From NCBI GenBank assembly GCA_030704615.1, contig CM060732.1, positions 26,412,001 through 26,476,000 on the forward strand: a DNA stretch of 64,000 bases, read 5' to 3'. Below are positions 61,886 through 64,000 of this stretch, in pieces (positions within the stretch are counted from its first letter, which is position 1; every line of letters starts with the position of its first letter). The notes under the pieces were generated by a model that was given only the letters and a program-made list of their open reading frames with translations, did not search any database and had not been told where the DNA came from. Made by a program: the position numbers and the translations under genes. Source of the stretch: Takakia lepidozioides (Eukaryota; Plantae; Bryophyta).

Positions 61886-61917
61886 AGCCCGGGCCCTTTC
61901 TCTCTTGCCTTCCTGAG

Positions 61918-62070
61918 CAGGTAGCCCAGTGGTTGGGTGTTTGTGCCTTGCCTGTGCATAACCTAGGTGATCCTGGGTTCAATCCTTCAACATGTGCCTT
62001 CAGACCGTCCATTGGGCCCTCGATGGCCTGTGTGTTGGGCAGTAGGCTCTGTAAATTCACTGGACGTTAA
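61918..62070 (+). mobile_element. Probable tRNA-derived SINE
   Basis: A-box-like TAGCCCAGTGG (61922) and B-box-like GGTTCAATCC (61976). Interrupted at TTAA by the next element. Confidence 0.55.
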
Positions 62071-62900
62071 CCCCTAATGGACGAGGCAGTTTTTGGTGGC
62101 CCCCTCCAATACAGGACATACCCTCACTAATGAGGGTATATCTCTCAAGAAACTAACATCCACAGGGATGAACCGTATGAATGGGAGGCTACCTACTTCA
62201 TCCAGCTTCTACGAAAATTTCAGCTCATTCCACCGAATCGTTTGGAAGATTATAAGAAATTTGCAAGCCCAAAATTTGGGGTACACTCCAAATTTAGAGT
62301 GGAAAAATGGTTTGACCAGGAAATTGGATCGACAAAATATTTTTTCCTCGCAAGACCCCATCCAGATTCCAATTATGTGGCACCTAAAGCATGTTGCCCC
62401 AAAATTTCAATCTTGATAATGTTGCTTTGTATGGAAAAACAGGGGGGTCAAAACACACCATGAAGCTCAAATGACATGTAATTCCGGCTTAGGAGGTCGA
62501 AATTTCTTTGGAATCATAGTTGCTGCGGTGAAAGTGTTCCTTGAATGATGAACTACTACCTCCAAAAAGAAATTCAGAATCCTAACAAAAATTCAGGCAG
62601 AGATTTGCATTTGTTTCCATTTGTATTTTTGCCTCGTTGTCACCCCTTTAGCCTGCCATGTCACTAGTCAAAGCTGCTGGACGACTAATTTTGGGCACCC
62701 CTGCACACTAAAAAAATTACTGAAGGCAGGTCTTTCATTATTTTAGGGTGCCATAAAGACGGGCAGGTGCATGACATCAAGGTGCACAACTTTCGTTCAG
62801 AAAGTTTTTTCATCCAAGGTCATCCAACGATTTGCCATCGTGGATGATTTCTGACGCGACCCTGACGCGACCCGAAACGGGTCGTCTCGTCCATTAGGGG
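62071..62900. mobile_element. Non-autonomous piggyBac-like element
   Basis: TTAA|CCCCTAATGGACGAG ... CTCGTCCATTAGGGG|TTAA: perfect 15-bp TIR, CCC..GGG ends and TTAA duplication. Confidence 0.85.
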
Positions 62901-62959
62901 TTAAAAAATCTTTATCTTTATCTTTATCTTTATCTCTTGGGTCAAGATTATGTCAATCT

Positions 62960-64000
62960 CGGCTTCCATGCAGTATCCCCATAAGCCGCGTCCGCTCACC
63001 TTGCGGGTGCAGCAGCCGCGGCCCAGCTGCCGCGCTTGCGGCAGCTCCCCCATGCCCGCAGTCCGCCGCGGTCGGTCCGCTGAGCCAGTCCCCTCACGTC
63101 CACTCTGCCAGTCTGCCCGCCAGTCCGCTGCCCATGAGTCCGCTTCCCTCTAGTCTGCCCGTCCACCAGTACGCTGGTGGGCGTTCCCTGAGCCAGTCCG
63201 ACGACGACGCCCGATCTGGGCCATCCATCTCAAAACCCATCCAAGCCCTCCATTTTTAGGGCCTAAACCCTGCGACCAAATCCGGCCTGTCTCTACTGAG
63301 GGCTCGTTGTTGTCCGATGTTGCGGTAGGCGTTTCCATGCACGCCCGTCTTCTTTTTGTGCACGAGCGACGTTCATGATGATGAGGGGTGTGCTTGAACA
63401 TGGCAGGACTGGCGGGGCGGGCTCTACAGTCACCATCATGCATATGCTTCCACTATTTTTGCCTGTTTGTTGTGCTTTACGGAATCTTGGGCTTTGTGAT
63501 ATGGTTGTATGTTAGAAATATGCTACTGCCTTATCTGTCTTCCATATCGTCATCTGCTTCTGATCCCTCATGATACGCTTGTCGTGCACATACATATCAC
63601 TACACAACTACATTGCTGTCCAAAACCACACAACACATGTGCACACCACACACTAGTATACCACTAGTCCACCACTAGTCCAGCCATTAGTCCAACCACT
63701 AGGCTGTCACTAGTCAGTCTCTAGGCCGCCCACTATGGCAGTCACTAGTCCACCACAATCGCCCCCCTAGCTAGGTGCTTAGGTCCTTCTGGTAGCCACA
63801 AGATGTGATAGTGACTGTAGCCTCACTAAGTCCTCCACCACTGTCCCTACTACACTCAAATTCGATAGATCAAGAGGCCGTACAAGAGTTGCCCCATCGT
63901 TAGTCGTCGTCTTGCAACCGGTGAACTTAAGCCTGTGATCTCGTGTATTGACTCCTATGAGTTTGGCCTCCCATGTCTTGTTAGTTGTCTCTAGTCATGT
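62960..64000. repeat. Low-complexity, probably transposon-derived region (CAGTCCGC and CCACTAGT units)
   Basis: GC-rich short repeats 62980-63200 and repeated CACTAGT 63650-63790. No credible ORF. Confidence 0.4.

Noticed and set aside
61918-61995. tRNA gene
   Set aside because: A/B boxes are present but there is no convincing cloverleaf; treated as a SINE head.

Overview
Eukaryotic nuclear DNA with GT-AG introns from a land plant. It looks like a non-seed plant, possibly a bryophyte, judged only from the TE and PPR types. There is a 500-N scaffold gap at 3553-4052. The left ~28 kb is a nest of decayed transposons: a chromodomain Gypsy element, a non-chromo Gypsy element with a very long extra 3' ORF, a SWIM/MULE transposase, CACTA ends and L1 pieces. 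It also holds two pseudogenised genes carrying OSB-type 'PDF' motifs. The right ~35 kb has four apparently intact genes: a plastid-type fructokinase, a FAM86/EEF2KMT-like methyltransferase, a PLS-E-DYW PPR gene and an intronless F-box gene. It also has L1 pieces, a non-LTR element with a restriction-like endonuclease, a MITE with an 8-bp TSD and a TTAA-flanked piggyBac-like element. Main finding: the DYW PPR gene appears to be spliced to upstream exons encoding a transit-peptide-like leader and a PDF ssDNA-binding motif (WWDNR..K|K.PRSPDFRHK..LW..PPWV), otherwise typical of OSB/pTAC9 proteins. A decayed 3xPDF-PPR copy and further remnants in the same window suggest a family of DNA-binding/RNA-editing hybrids. 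All gene models are read by eye and are not confirmed by transcripts or searches.
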